Positions 51,616 through 63,600 of a stretch of 64,000 bases of DNA are shown one piece after another. Origin of the DNA: an uncultured Verrucomicrobiae bacterium. Lineage in GTDB: Bacteria; Verrucomicrobiota; Verrucomicrobiia; Limisphaerales; JAFGQR01. Both the position numbers and the translations under genes were made by a program. The stretch's first letter is position 1; each line of letters starts with the position of its first letter. Below the pieces are notes generated by a model. That model was given only the letters and a program-made list of their open reading frames with translations, searched no databases and was not told the origin of the DNA. The stretch spans positions 73,583 through 137,582 of the forward strand of contig CAWBHS010000078.1 in the NCBI GenBank assembly GCA_963788655.1. The letters run 5' to 3'.

Positions 51616-52788
51616 TCATTCCGGGCGGAAGCGGTAGTAACGTGACGGTTGGTCCGCCGCTTCAGGATCGGTGAATTGGGCTGTGCCCTCGGCATTGCAG
51701 ATGAGGTTGGTGATCGTGGTCCAGTCTGGGATTGCCAGATTCGAGCAGGCTTCGATGGCCACGGGAATATCGTTTGTGCCCACGAAGGTGAAACCGAAAT
51801 GGCCCGCGTGAACGCCAAACGTGCCGTCATTGGTCACGATGTGCGGGTTCCAGAGCACCGCCGGACGACCGGCAAACTCCGAGGTCCAACCCGCGGTACC
51901 CGGTAGATAATAGAGCGTGGCTCCTGAAGAGGAGCTAGGTCAAAAGAACGTATCAATCCCCAGGCTCGGAGCGTCTCCCAAGAAATAGACCCGTCGGTCG
52001 CCGCTAAAGGCGCCGAAGGCATAATCCTGGAGATGGGTGACGCTGGCTGGAACCGTGATGCTATCCAATCTGGTGAGGAATAGAATGCGCCGATGCCGAT
52101 GGTGGTGACACCGTTAGGAACAGCATAATGCTTTCCCAGTTTTCCCGCCGGGGCATTGAACGAGCGTTGTTTGGTCCATGTTGAACAGCACTCCATCCAG
52201 ACTGCTGTAAGCGGTGTTGCCGGCGGCCACGGTGATGTTGGTCAAAGAATCGCAGTCAGCAAATGCTCCTGTGTCGATGAAGGTGACACTGGCTGGAATG
52301 ACCACGTTCGTCAAACTGAAGCAGCCGAAAAATGCGTGCTAGCCTATGGAGGTCACGCCATTTCCGAGGGTGAGGCTTTTCATTCCATCGCAGGTAAAGA
52401 ATGCATGATCGCCGATTGAGATGACGCTATCCGGGATCGTGACGCTAGTCACAGAAGTCTCGTAATAAAACGCCTCGTCCGCAATGCGAGTCACCGGGAG
52501 GCCCTCCAGCGTATCTGGGATGACCACGCCTCCGCCCGATCCTGTGTAACCCGTGATAGTTCGTGACCTTGGCGCCGTCGTTGGTGTAGAGGAGTATCAA
52601 AGTGCGCGGAGCGGCCATCGGCACGTCAAGGCCAGCAGCAGGAGTAGCAACAGGCATGGAATCCCTGCGGAGCGCGCGAGTCGGAGTGCGGTAGATAGCC
52701 CAGGCAGCTTGGCGACCGGGGCGGTGGTGGTGGATTTGATTCCCATGTTTAGAAACGTCAGTGCTTTGGATGTATTTGGTGTTTTCAT
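51616..52788 (-). pseudogene. BspA-type (LRR_5) leucine-rich repeat surface protein, disrupted
   Basis: Fragments IPDSVISIGDHAF, IPASVTFIDTGAF, SLDGVLFN. Several frameshifts and an in-frame TAG at ~52340. The C-terminus is nearly identical to that of 60646. Confidence 0.7.
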
Positions 52789-52831
52789 AATTCGTTCTTC
52801 GTTGATTCATCGATTTTCCGTCTCATCTATC

Positions 52832-52862
52832 CAATGCGCCGCTTTCCCAGGGTTTGGGCCAA
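52832..52862 (-). promoter_or_regulatory. Putative ECF-sigma promoter GGCCCAAA-N14-CGCATT
   Basis: 25/31 identical to 60532-60562. Both lie just upstream of MKT- starts on the minus strand. Confidence 0.5.
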
Positions 52863-52910
52863 AGAAAATGAAAAAGTTCTGCCGAGGCGGAAGGCTATGA
52901 AGGACTGGGA

Positions 52911-52929
52911 CTTAGGCTGCGAGCCTAAG
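52911..52929 (-). terminator. Hairpin after the kinase gene
   Basis: CTTAGGCT-GCG-AGCCTAAG about 24 bp past the stop codon. Confidence 0.35.
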
Positions 52930-52952
52930 GATACACCGGCAGAAACCGGCAG

Positions 52953-55900
52953 TTAATTATCGACGTCGTCTCCCTTGATCAACGCCTTGGCCTCGGCGTG
53001 AAGGAGCCAGAAGAAGACACCGTCCTGGTTGATGAGAACATCTTCGGTGAGTTGGCCTGCCGGCGGCGGCGAGGCCATGAGCGATTCGCCAGTCTGGAAG
53101 CTTTTGCGGGCTTCATCCGTCCGCCCCAATTGCTGGATCGCCATGGCTTGAATCATCAACGACGGACCTTTGATCAGCGGATCGGAAGCGGTCACGGGCT
53201 GGGCCAGTATTTCCAGCGCTCCGGCGTAGTCCTGCTCCCGGTAACGAGCCAAGCCCAGGTTCATCGGGATCCATTCCCGGAATTCGCCATCCTTCCCGAT
53301 CCCCCACGCGCGCTCGTCCAATGAGACCGCCAGCTTCAGCAGGCTCGGATTGGAACCACGAATCAAATAGGCCTTGGCGGCACGCTCAATGGTGGCGTCA
53401 TTGCTGTTTGTGGCATAGTCGAGCACCTTCCGGCAGAACGCTTCGTATTCATTGGTCTGGCCGGTCCAGGCCAGGGCAAACGCCAATTGCATCGAACTGA
53501 GGGTGTTCTCCGGAGACCATTGAGCAAGCTGTCGCTTGAGAAACTCCCCCGGCAGAAATGTCGAAGACGCAACATTTGTATCTGACAAAACAGTGTCGGC
53601 TTCTGTCGCGGCTTTTTCCGTCTGGCCGGTCGCCTGGTAAAACTCTGCCAAACGTTGGAGCGCTTCCTTCAGGCGTCGTTGGCGAACATTGGCAGGTATC
53701 TGTTCTTCGCGCTGTATCATGCCTTCGTAGCCGGAGAGCAACAGCGGCGCGGCTTCCGCATATTTTTTTTGGCCCAACAAACTGCCGCCCAGCATGGATT
53801 GCGCATTGCAGGTGCGCCAGTCGTCAGGCATCAGCTTTTCGCGCAAGCGCAGACACTCCCGCGCCGGGGATTCGGCTTCGGCAAACTTGACCGCCTGGAG
53901 CAACGCAAGAACGTTCTCCGCCAGTGCGCCGGCGTCACGATACGGGATGGAGGATTCGTAAAGTGACAGGCACTGCGCGTAATATTGGTCGGCGTTTCCC
54001 GCGGACAAAAGCTGGATGACCTCTTTTTCGGTCGCGACGGCTTGGTCGAATTGTCCCGCTTCGGCGTAAGCCGCCGCCAACGTGTCCAAGTAAGCGACGT
54101 TCGTGCGCCCGGTGGTTGCGACGGCCTTTTCAGCGTCAATCACGGCGGTCGAGCCGTTGCGCAATTCCGTAAATGGAGAGGTTGCCAACGTCCAGGCCAC
54201 CGCATTGAGCGACGACGCATTGAGATGCTGAAGCGCCAGCAGTTTCTCGCGGAGTTTGTTCGCTTCCGCAGAATCACTCTGCTGCACCAGCGATTGAATG
54301 CGGTCCAGGTAAAGTCGGGCGAGCAGGTCAGGGTCGCTGGAATTCCGGGTTTCCAATTGCTCGTAAAAGGTGGCCGCTTTCCGACGACATTCCGCCGCCT
54401 CATTCGTCCGGTCTGCCGCCGACATTTCATCCGCCAGTTCCAGATAGAAACCGGGAAATTGCGGAACCGCCCGCATCGCCACATTCACCGGATCGTTCCC
54501 GCTGTTTGGCGAAAGCGGCTGGGATCCCAGCCGCTCCAGGAACATCGGTTCCAGCTTCTCCAGTTGGCTGGCCGAGGAAAACAGATTGGTCAATGCCCGG
54601 GCGGAGCGCGCCGCAGTCAACGTGGCGAGCACGGCTTGCAGTTGGTTGCCATACCAGATCTGGTCGGGAGAAATCCGTTTTCGCATAATCGCAACGGCAT
54701 GTTTGGCTGCGTCCAGTGCTTCCTCGTATTTGGATTGAGGCAATAACGCGTAAGTGAGAACATAGTAAACCCAGGCCGTTTGGATGTAGTCTGCGCCAAA
54801 CTGCCGGTTATTGTTGGCGATGGTTTCAGAGGCAATTCTTTCGGCTTCGGCGTAGTTTCCCTCGTCAGCCTTCGCGTTAATCAGTCCGATATTCATCGCG
54901 GCCAGTTCCCAGTAGTTTGACCCGGGTGTCTGGCGCGCCTGGGCCTTCGCCTCGGTGACAAGCTCTTCGATGTGATTCCGCTTTCCCTTCTTATCCAAGA
55001 CCATTTGCAGCGCCCAAAGCGCGTGAATGACCGGATAGCCCTTGATTCCGCGCTCCTGGTAAATGGCCAGCGCCCGGCGGAGATTTGCTGCGCATTCTTC
55101 CAGTTCGGCGGCGCTCGCATTGATACTGGGTGTCTCGGCATAATTCACCAGCGCCCCGGCGAATTCGGCGCTATTCGTACCATGGGCCGTCGTTTGCAAT
55201 TCCAGAGCACGAGCCAGTTGAGCCTTGGCTTTGGGGCCTTCCTGCATGTTCCAGTAAGCCTTGCCGAGGGTGGTGTGCAGCCCGGCGGCCACCTCCGGGT
55301 CATCGGCAAACTGGGCGTCAATCTTCCTGGCAAAATCATCCAACATCTCACGCACCGTGTAGTCGGGACTCTTGGAGGAATCGGGATTGGCCGTGGCCAG
55401 CATCTGCTGCAAGAAGGCCGTCACCCGATTGGCGCGTTGCTGCTCGACGATCGCCCCCTGCTCGGCCCGCGTCGCCCGCACCGCCTGCCAGGTGCTGACC
55501 AGCACACCGGCCAGGAGAACCATGATGATGGCCGCCGTCGCCGCAAAGCCGACTTTGTGCCGCCGAACCGTCTTCTGAAACTCATACAGCCGGCTCGGTG
55601 GCCGGGCCACCACCGGTTCGTTGTTCAGGTAGCGCTTCAAGTCCGCCGCCAGACCATTGGCCGTCTCGTAACGCCGCGTGCGGTCCTTCTCCAGCGCCTT
55701 CATCACGATCCAGTCCAGGTCCGTGGCGATTGACGGAGTGACGGAGTTGACGACTGCGGATTGCGGTGATTCGACCTTTGACGCGTGCTTCCGCCAACGT
55801 TCGGCTGAGTCGGTGCTGGGCGCGTCCGGTTCCTTCTCCCGGATGATCCGCCGCATTTCGTCCAGACCGGCGCTCAGCAGTTCCTTCGTCGTCAAACGGC

Positions 55901-56837
55901 GGGCTGCCGGTCAGCAGTTCATAGAGCAACACGCCCAGGCTGTAGATGTCGCTGCGCGTGTCCATGTCCAGCCCGCTCAACTCGCCTGTTCCGGGCTCAT
56001 GTAGGCCGGCGTGCCGATGAATTGCTGGAACTGGGTGAACACCGTCTTTTCCGTCAGCGGCTGCTGCGTCGCCTTGGCGATCCCGAAATCAATCACCTTG
56101 GGCACCGGCTGCCGTCGCCGTGCAGCGTGACCAGGATGTTCGACGGCTTGATGTCGCGATGGATGATGCCCTTCTGATGCGCGTGCTGGACGGCGGAACA
56201 AACCTGGATGAACAGCTTCAGCCGCGCTTCGCAGATCGAGTTGTTGTTCGTCGCAGAACTTGGTGATGGGAATGCCCTTGACCAGTTCCATCACGAAGTA
56301 GGGCCGGCCGGAGGAGATCGGTCAGTTTCAGATTTGACGATCTCAACTTGCGGCACGTGAGGCCCATCGTTCCCGCATCGTAAATCTGGGCGATGTTCGG
56401 ATGATCCATCAGCGCCAGCGCCTGGCGTTCGGCCTCGAACCGGCCGATCACCTGTTTGGTGTCCATGCCCAGCTTGATGATCTTGAGCGCCACCCGCCGT
56501 TTGACCGGCTCCAGCTGCTCGGCCATATAGACCACGCCGAAGCCGCCTTCGCCGATTTGTTCGAGCAGCTTGTAACGTCCGATCACCGTGCCCGGGCCTT
56601 CCGGCAATGGGCACCGCCGGCGAGATCGAACGGCGTCTGCTCGGGCGTTCGGGCAGAAAGTCCGGCGCGGTTTCACTGGCCTTGAGCAGGGCATGGATGC
56701 GTTGGACCAAGGCCTCATCGCCAGCGCAGGCCTCGCGCGATGAACGCCGCCCGCTCCTCCGGCGACTCGATGTCCAGCGCCGCTCAAAGATTTCTTTTTC
56801 GCGATTGGGTTCGGCATTGCTCTGGGACCATCATCAT
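52953..56837 (-). CDS. Hanks-type Ser/Thr kinase with TM segment and TPR repeats (several frameshifts in the kinase domain)
   Basis: [58 protein letters not shown] and [11 protein letters not shown] spread over several ORFs. TPR-rich C-terminal region. Confidence 0.85.
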
Positions 56838-56901
56838 GATGGCTGCACTGGGTTCAGGCAACTGTTCTTGGTGGTTGGGTCAACCAAGTTGAAGATTCTT
56901 T

Positions 56902-59900
56902 TCAAGGCACATTAACCTCCACCCGATAGAATTGTCCCGCGCTTTCTTCCGCATCGGTCAAGGTAAGGATACCGCCGTTGCCTGGGATGGCTTGCGCGCC
57001 GGGAACAGAAGTCCAGTCTGGAGGATGAAGCGTCGTGGTGCGCAGCAGGGTGTAGGTGCGGTTGGTTGAACTCGGGAAAGGAGATCATCGCCGGGGAGCC
57101 TTTGGTGATGTCTTCAATATGGAAGAAGGACAACGCGTTGGTCGGATCGGTGTCGGCCAGCCATTCCTGGAAGGTGGTGAACGGATCGAGGTCCGGATTG
57201 CCAGAAACGACTTGAGGATCGGCGGCATCCAGACCGTGGCTGGTGAACCAATCCGGAGGAATCATCGAACGGGCATCGAACTCGTAGGCGCCCATGTCGA
57301 AGGCGGCGACGCCATCGCCGTCGCCATCGAGCGGACGCGGGTTGCCGTCGAGGTCGGTGGTGAGGATGGCGCTGAGATCGGTGCCGGCGTCAATGCCGGG
57401 TGAGCCGTAGCGGAGACGGAGGTCGCTCCAGCCGTTGGTGTTCACGAACAGCGGGGCGTTGGTGATGTTGCCCACGCCGTTGGTGGGCAGTGGGGTGGTG
57501 CAGGAGAAATCAAACTCGGTTTGGCTGAATTGGTCGTAATTCGCCCCGGTTGGCGCCTTGTTGTAATAGACGATACAGTTTTGCAGAACCCCTCCAAAGA
57601 CACCACCGCCATAAAGGTCAGATGAGTTGCCGACGAGGGTGCAGTTGTTCGCAGTGCACCAGGATAGTCCGCCTCCAGCGGTTGCTGTTGAATTACTCAC
57701 GATGATGCAGTTGTCGAGTATGTTGGAGTAGGATCCGCCGCCACTGACTTGAGCAATATTCCCTATCAGAAGACAATCCCGAAGCGTACCCCCTGAGGCC
57801 CCGCCGCCAACGTTGGCCGTGTTTCCGGAGAGCAGGCACTGATTCAGCGTGGATTGCCTGGCCGCACCGCCCTCCGGGGCCGAGTTCTCCGTCAAGGTGC
57901 AGTTGAAGAGGACCGTGTCGAATACTGCGCCACCGCCACCCGTTGCGGTATTGCCGGTCAACGTGCAGTTGTAAAGCCTGCCTCCATGCACGCCGCCGCC
58001 CCAAGCCGCTGAGTTGCCCGTAATGATGCAATTGGTTACTACCGCGGAACTGAAGCAAGTGGCGCCACCGCCGCGCCAGACCGTCGCCCCATTGCTCGTC
58101 CCATTGGTCAGGGTGAACCCATTCAAAACCGAGTTGGACCCCAGATTGACGCACCGCACGGATTGGCCGCCATCAATCACGGTCACTTCCGGCCCGTTGA
58201 CACTGTGCACGGTGATCGACTGCCTAGTGAGGATGCGGTTCGCCCCCGTTCCTCCCGTATCATAAACACCGTTGGTGACCACGACCGTGTCCATGGGCTT
58301 GGCCACATCGAGGGCGTTCTGGATGTTTGTCGCGGCCGTAGCCCAAGTGGCATAGGGCGGGATGGGATTCGGGTTATCCGCCCAGACGTAAAGGGTGGTG
58401 GGGATATGGAGGGTGGTGAAGGTCTGGTCCTCGCCGGCGATCACGCCCAGGTGGTTGGAAACCATCAATTGATAGTGATACTCCGTGTCCAACGTCAATC
58501 CAGTGACGGGTGCCTGGAAGGTTTCAGCGGTGCCCAGGCTGGCCAAGGGGACGGGAACGGTTTGGTGGTCGTATTCGGTCGTAGTGCCCCACGCAAACCA
58601 GGCATAACTGTCGGCGACATGGGCGCGCGCGGTGCCATTCAACTGGGCGCTGGTGGGAGTGATTGCCGAGGCCGGCAGGGTCTGGACCACCCCCAGCACG
58701 GGAGTCCCAAATCCAAGGTCCTGCCCCATCGTCACGACGCCCAATACGTTGGAAGTCACCAACCGGTAGTGATACGCGGTGGCGGGCGTCAGGCCAGTGA
58801 TTTCGGCGTGGACGGTGGCAGTCGTCTGGGTGGAGCCAATGTTGGTAGGCAGGGTCTGGTTTCCATAGTTCGGGGTCAGCCCCCATTCAAACCAGGCCAG
58901 GGTCTCAACGCCGTTGGGGATCACGACGGCCTGCATGAGAACGTGTTCCGCCGTTAATACCTCCACCCACGGCAATCCGGCAATGCCCCGGGGCACGAAT
59001 TCATAAGCGCCGATGTCAACGCGACCGTTCAGAACGCGGGGAAAACCCTCCCCGCGCTGATCGGTGTCTGGCGGACCGGTGAAGGCCGGATCCCCGGCGT
59101 CAATGGCCGGACTGCCGGGCAGCAGGGCGTGCGTGCGCGTCGGGCCGCCGTTGTAATCCAGCGGACCGAGCAACAGGTTCGTCACCGTGGTGGCAAAGGC
59201 CGCCGCGCTGTCATCATCCGAAAGGTTGTAGCCGCTGTTGGTGACGATGCCGTCGAAGTATGCGAAGTTCGTCCCCGTGGCACCATTGGCCAGCAGTGAA
59301 TTCTCTATCTGCAGCGTCCCCCAGCCGTTCCCGACTCCGAGCTGTGAATGCCCACTCACAGTGCTGCTCTGAATTGTCATCATGTGGCATTCAGGTGAGT
59401 CAGCAGACGGAGCTTGGTTGATGATGCCGTAATCCCCATTCCCGCTCACCGTGCTGTTCTGAACTGTCAGCATGCACGGTCGCCGTAAGATCGATCTGAG
59501 TAATTGCAGATACCACGCCGAGTGGGCTTCAGACGTCCAGTTGTTGCTCACCGTGCTGTTTTGGATAGTTGCCGTGGCTCTGCCGTCGTAGCCCATATTC
59601 ATTATTCCGGCACCCAGCTCGCCCGACGTGTTCTCGCTCACACTGCTGTCCAGCACGGTCATTGTCGAACCACCCTCAGTGACGCCGTAATTGCAAATTC
59701 CGCCACCCCATTGGGCGTAATTGCCAATCAACCGGCTCTGCCGGACGATCACCGTCGCGGAACCGTCCGGGCAACCCCCATCGAACCCATCGGCGGCGCC
59801 ATTGAAAATGCCGCCGCCCCTAGAATAGTTACTGGAATCGTCGCGAGACCCGGCCGTGTTGTTGATCAATGTGCAGTGCTCTACCACCAGCATCGCATCG

Positions 59901-60511
59901 TTGAAATAGCCGTCATTGTAGATGCCACCTCCCCGAATGCTGGCCACATTTCCGGTCAAGCTGCTGTTCTGAATCGTCAGCGTGCCCGAGTTGTAAATGC
60001 CGCCGCCGTAATGGGCGGAATTTCCGCTGAGGGTAACATTGCTGACCGTGAGGGTGCCAATATTGTAAATGCCTCCTCCATATCCATTGTCGGAGGCACC
60101 GTTGGTGATGGTCAACCCGGCGATGACGTTTGTTGAGCAAAAGCTGCCAAAAGAAAACACCGAATCGTGCCCGCCCCCATCAATGGTCAGTTGGTCCGGG
60201 CCAGGCCCGAGGATGGAAACATTATTGTAGGCGTTGAGGTAGGATTCGAGCCGGATGGTCGAGCCGTTGAGCGCCGCACCAAACACGATGGTGTCCGGGA
60301 CGCCATTGGTGTCGGCCATCTCAAGCGCCTCGCGCAGCGTGCCCGGCCCGGAGTCGGCGCTGTTGGTCACGGTAAAAGTGGCTGCCGAGGCGCACAATAC
60401 GGTGAGAAAGGTCATGATGCACGCCGCCCCAAGCAGCGATCCTATGCGCCTTGAGACCAATGTAGCAGCCGACGTGAGGAGGCTCTGATTTCCAAAATGT
60501 TTCGTTTTCAT
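56902..60511 (-). CDS. Secreted choice-of-anchor-Q-like beta-helix protein, paralog of 47368..51574 (+1 frameshift near 57075)
   Basis: ATFTVTNSADSGPGTLREA, NGGPTRTHALLPGSPAIDAG, DQRG. The corrected C-terminus is ...LTDAEESAGQFYRVEVNVP with stop at 56902. Confidence 0.85.
60462..60488. repeat. REP half-element, family G (inside CDS, encodes QSLLTSAAT)
   Basis: Identical to 51119-51145. Confidence 0.75.
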
Positions 60512-60531
60512 AATTATGCTCTTTCACTTTT

Positions 60532-60562
60532 CAATGCGTCGCTTTTGTCCGGTTTGGGCCAA
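60532..60562 (-). promoter_or_regulatory. Putative ECF-sigma promoter GGCCCAAA-N14-CGCATT
   Basis: Second copy of the motif, 20 bp upstream of the 60511 start. Confidence 0.5.
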
Positions 60563-60578
60563 CAAGTTAAAAAGAATC

Positions 60579-60624
60579 AAATCCCGACAGGCACACACAG
60601 TTGGATTCAAGCCTGTCGGGATTT
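60579..60624 (-). terminator. Stem-loop / putative terminator after the LRR gene
   Basis: 14-bp stem AAATCCCGACAGGC / GCCTGTCGGGATTT, followed by T-rich sequence on the minus strand. Confidence 0.5.
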
Positions 60625-60645
60625 TGTTCCCGCACTCACGGGAAA

Positions 60646-63600
60646 TCACTCCGGCCGGAAGCGGTAGATGCGAGTTGAGTGATCTGCCGCTTCGGGATCG
60701 ATAAACTGGACTGTCCCATCAGCGCCACAGGTCAGGTTGGTGATCGTGCTCCAGTCTGGATTCGCCAAATCCGAACAGGCTTCGATGGCCACTGGAATAT
60801 CGTTTGTGCCCACGAAGGTGAAACCGAAGTGGCCCGCGTGAACGCCAAACAGGCCGTCGTCGGTCACGACGTGTGGATTCCAGAGCACCACCGGGCGACC
60901 AACAAATGACGGAGCCACATATGCAGTGTCAGCCGGAACATATAACGTTGCTGGGGAGGATTCGAATGAGTCGGCAGCCGCTGATCCCGGCGGCGCCCCT
61001 TCCAGATAGACTCGTCGAAGATTGGTGCAGCCGCTGAATGCCCTGTTTCCGATATAGTTGATGGTGTCCGGGAGGACCACGCTGGTCAGGCCCGCGGAGT
61101 CGGCGAACGCGCCATGGTCCAGATGGGTGACACCATCGGGAATGACGAATGGGCCGATCCTGCCCGCAGGGTAGACCAACACCGCGGTTCGACTCTTGTT
61201 GTAGAGAACGCCAGCGCTGCTGCTGTAGGCGGGGTTGGCCATGTCGACCTCGTAGGCCGTCAACGCCGAGCAGCCATTGAACGCCCCCGTTCCGATCTGG
61301 GTGACTCCCCTCGAGATGAACACGGTTGTCAGGGCCGAGCAGCCGTCGAACGCAGACGATGGGATTGCAGTGACTCCATCAGGAATGACCAAGCTGGTCA
61401 GGCCCGAGCACCTGGCGAACGCGGAGCGTTCCAGGTCGGTGACGGTGTCGGGAATCACGAAGGGGCCGTTCCTCGCAGCGGGGTATGCCATCAGGGTCGT
61501 TTGATTCTTGTCATAGAGGACACCGGCGCTGCTGCTGTAGGTCGGGTTTCCCAAGCCGACCTCGTAAGCGGTTACGGCCGTGCAGCCCCCAAACACTCCC
61601 GTCCCGATAGAATTGACTCCGTCCGGTATAACCACGCGGGTCAGGCCCTCACAGCCGTAGAATGCCCCTTCCAGGATCCAGCTAACGCTTTCGGGGATGA
61701 TCACGCTGGTTAGGCTTATGCAGCCGGCGAACGCACGGGCACCGATCGAGGCGAGTCCCTCGGAAAGCACAACCGCATGCAGTCCGCTGCATCCCTGGAA
61801 TGCCCCGCTGGGGATGTCAGTGACACCGGGAGGGACCACGATTCTGGTGAGCGCCGTGCAGCCGTAGAAGGCGTTCTCGCCGATCGAGACGACGTTCTTC
61901 GGAATGGGCAGGTCCGCGAGCGCGGCGCAGGTGAGGAACGCGTAGTTGCCGATGGAGGTGACGCTGTCCGGCAAGGAAACCCGCTCCAGCTCCTGGCAGT
62001 TGGAGAAGAGGCTGTCGGCGACCTGGGTCAATCCGGGCGGTAGAGCCACCTCGCGTAGCGAGTCGCAGGATCGAAATGCGCCCTCTCCAATCACGGTGAT
62101 GCTTTCGGGAATCGTTATTGCCGTCAGGTTCCGGCAGTTCCCGAACGCGCCCGGACCAACTGCGGTGAAGCCTAGCGGAATCTCGAACGCGCCGACCTTG
62201 CCCTCTGGACAGCGGACGACGGTCTGTGTCGCCTGGCTCAGGAGAATCCCGTCCTGCGAGCTGAACCCGAGGTTTCCGGGATCGACGAGAATCGCGGTGA
62301 GATTGGTGCTGCCGTAGAATGCATCAGGAGCAATGCTACTGACACCGGCCGGGATGGTGATGTTCGGGAGGCTGGGGCAGCCCGCCAACGCGCCTTGCTC
62401 GATCCGGGTGAGTTGGTCGGGCAGGTCCACCCTGGTGAGACTGTCGCAATCGGCGAATCGCATAACGGCCGATTGATGTGACAGTGTAGGGTAACGTGAT
62501 GCTCACGATCTCGTCCGCCCCTAAAAACGCCCGATCTCCAATCCGGGTCACGGGATGGCCTCCGATCTCGGAGGGGATCATCACATCGCCGCCCAGTCCG
62601 TCCACGAATCCCGTGATCTCAACCGTGCCATCGACGAGGCGATAGGTGATTGGAGGACCAGCCGGGCCAAATCCATAGACGATCCATCCAAATGCGGCGT
62701 CGCCCCACGCCTGGATCGTCGTGGAAATCCGCAGGGAAGTTGCTGGCTCGAAAGGAAGTGGTTGCAGCGGGCGATAGATATACGATTGCGGCCCTTGGGA
62801 AAAGTTGTCCGGGTCGTCCGTATCAATCAGCAGGGTGCCGAGCAGTTCATCATCCGCACCGAAGATGCGGGTGGTGACCAGGATGCGCCCGCCCTCTTGC
62901 GTTGAGAGGACCACTTCGGTTCCCACCTCTCCGAGAGACTGGAAGCCGTCCGGCTCGACCCGGAATTCATGAGCAATCGCGTGGCCGCTCACGGCAGAGT
63001 TCGTCGAAAGCAGCCAGGCCTCGCGTCTGAACTCCCACCAGTATGGTAGTTCGGTCAACACCGCCACTCCTGCCAGCCGGGGGTAACGCTCGGCGAATTC
63101 GTCGGAAACCTCGGGACGGTTCCCCCAGGCATCCGGCCCGACGCCGATGTGGATCGACTCAGGCGGAGCGATCGTGGCTCCGTCGGGCAGATCGGGATCC
63201 GGAGTGGCGGAGAGGGCAAAGCTGGAAAACCGGAGATTCTCCAGTGTCCTGGGTTCGTCTGCCAACTGATCGACCGGCGTCCACTCGATGTCGACTGGAC
63301 TATAACTCGGCTGGATCAGCGCAGCCTCCTCCTGCGTCAGGCCCGAGGTCAGAACCCACTTCACTAACGGGCCTTCACTCACATCCGTCACATAGACTAG
63401 ATTGTTGGCCTGGACAATCGCGTCCACGGCTTGACTGGCTCCTGATCTGAGCATGAGGTAGCCCACCGCACAGGCCGTGTTCCGGCGATCAACAAAGATG
63501 GGGACGGCCCGGCCGGAAACCACGTCGTTGACCGGAAAGAGCCCACGCGCCTGGTACTCGCGCAAGACTGCCATGTTCCGCTCCCGCTCTGCGGCAAGGC

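Noticed and set aside
47750..57480. Near-identical repeats as a possible diversity-generating retroelement TR/VR pair
   Set aside because: Differences are mostly synonymous third positions and not adenine-specific. No reverse transcriptase in the window.
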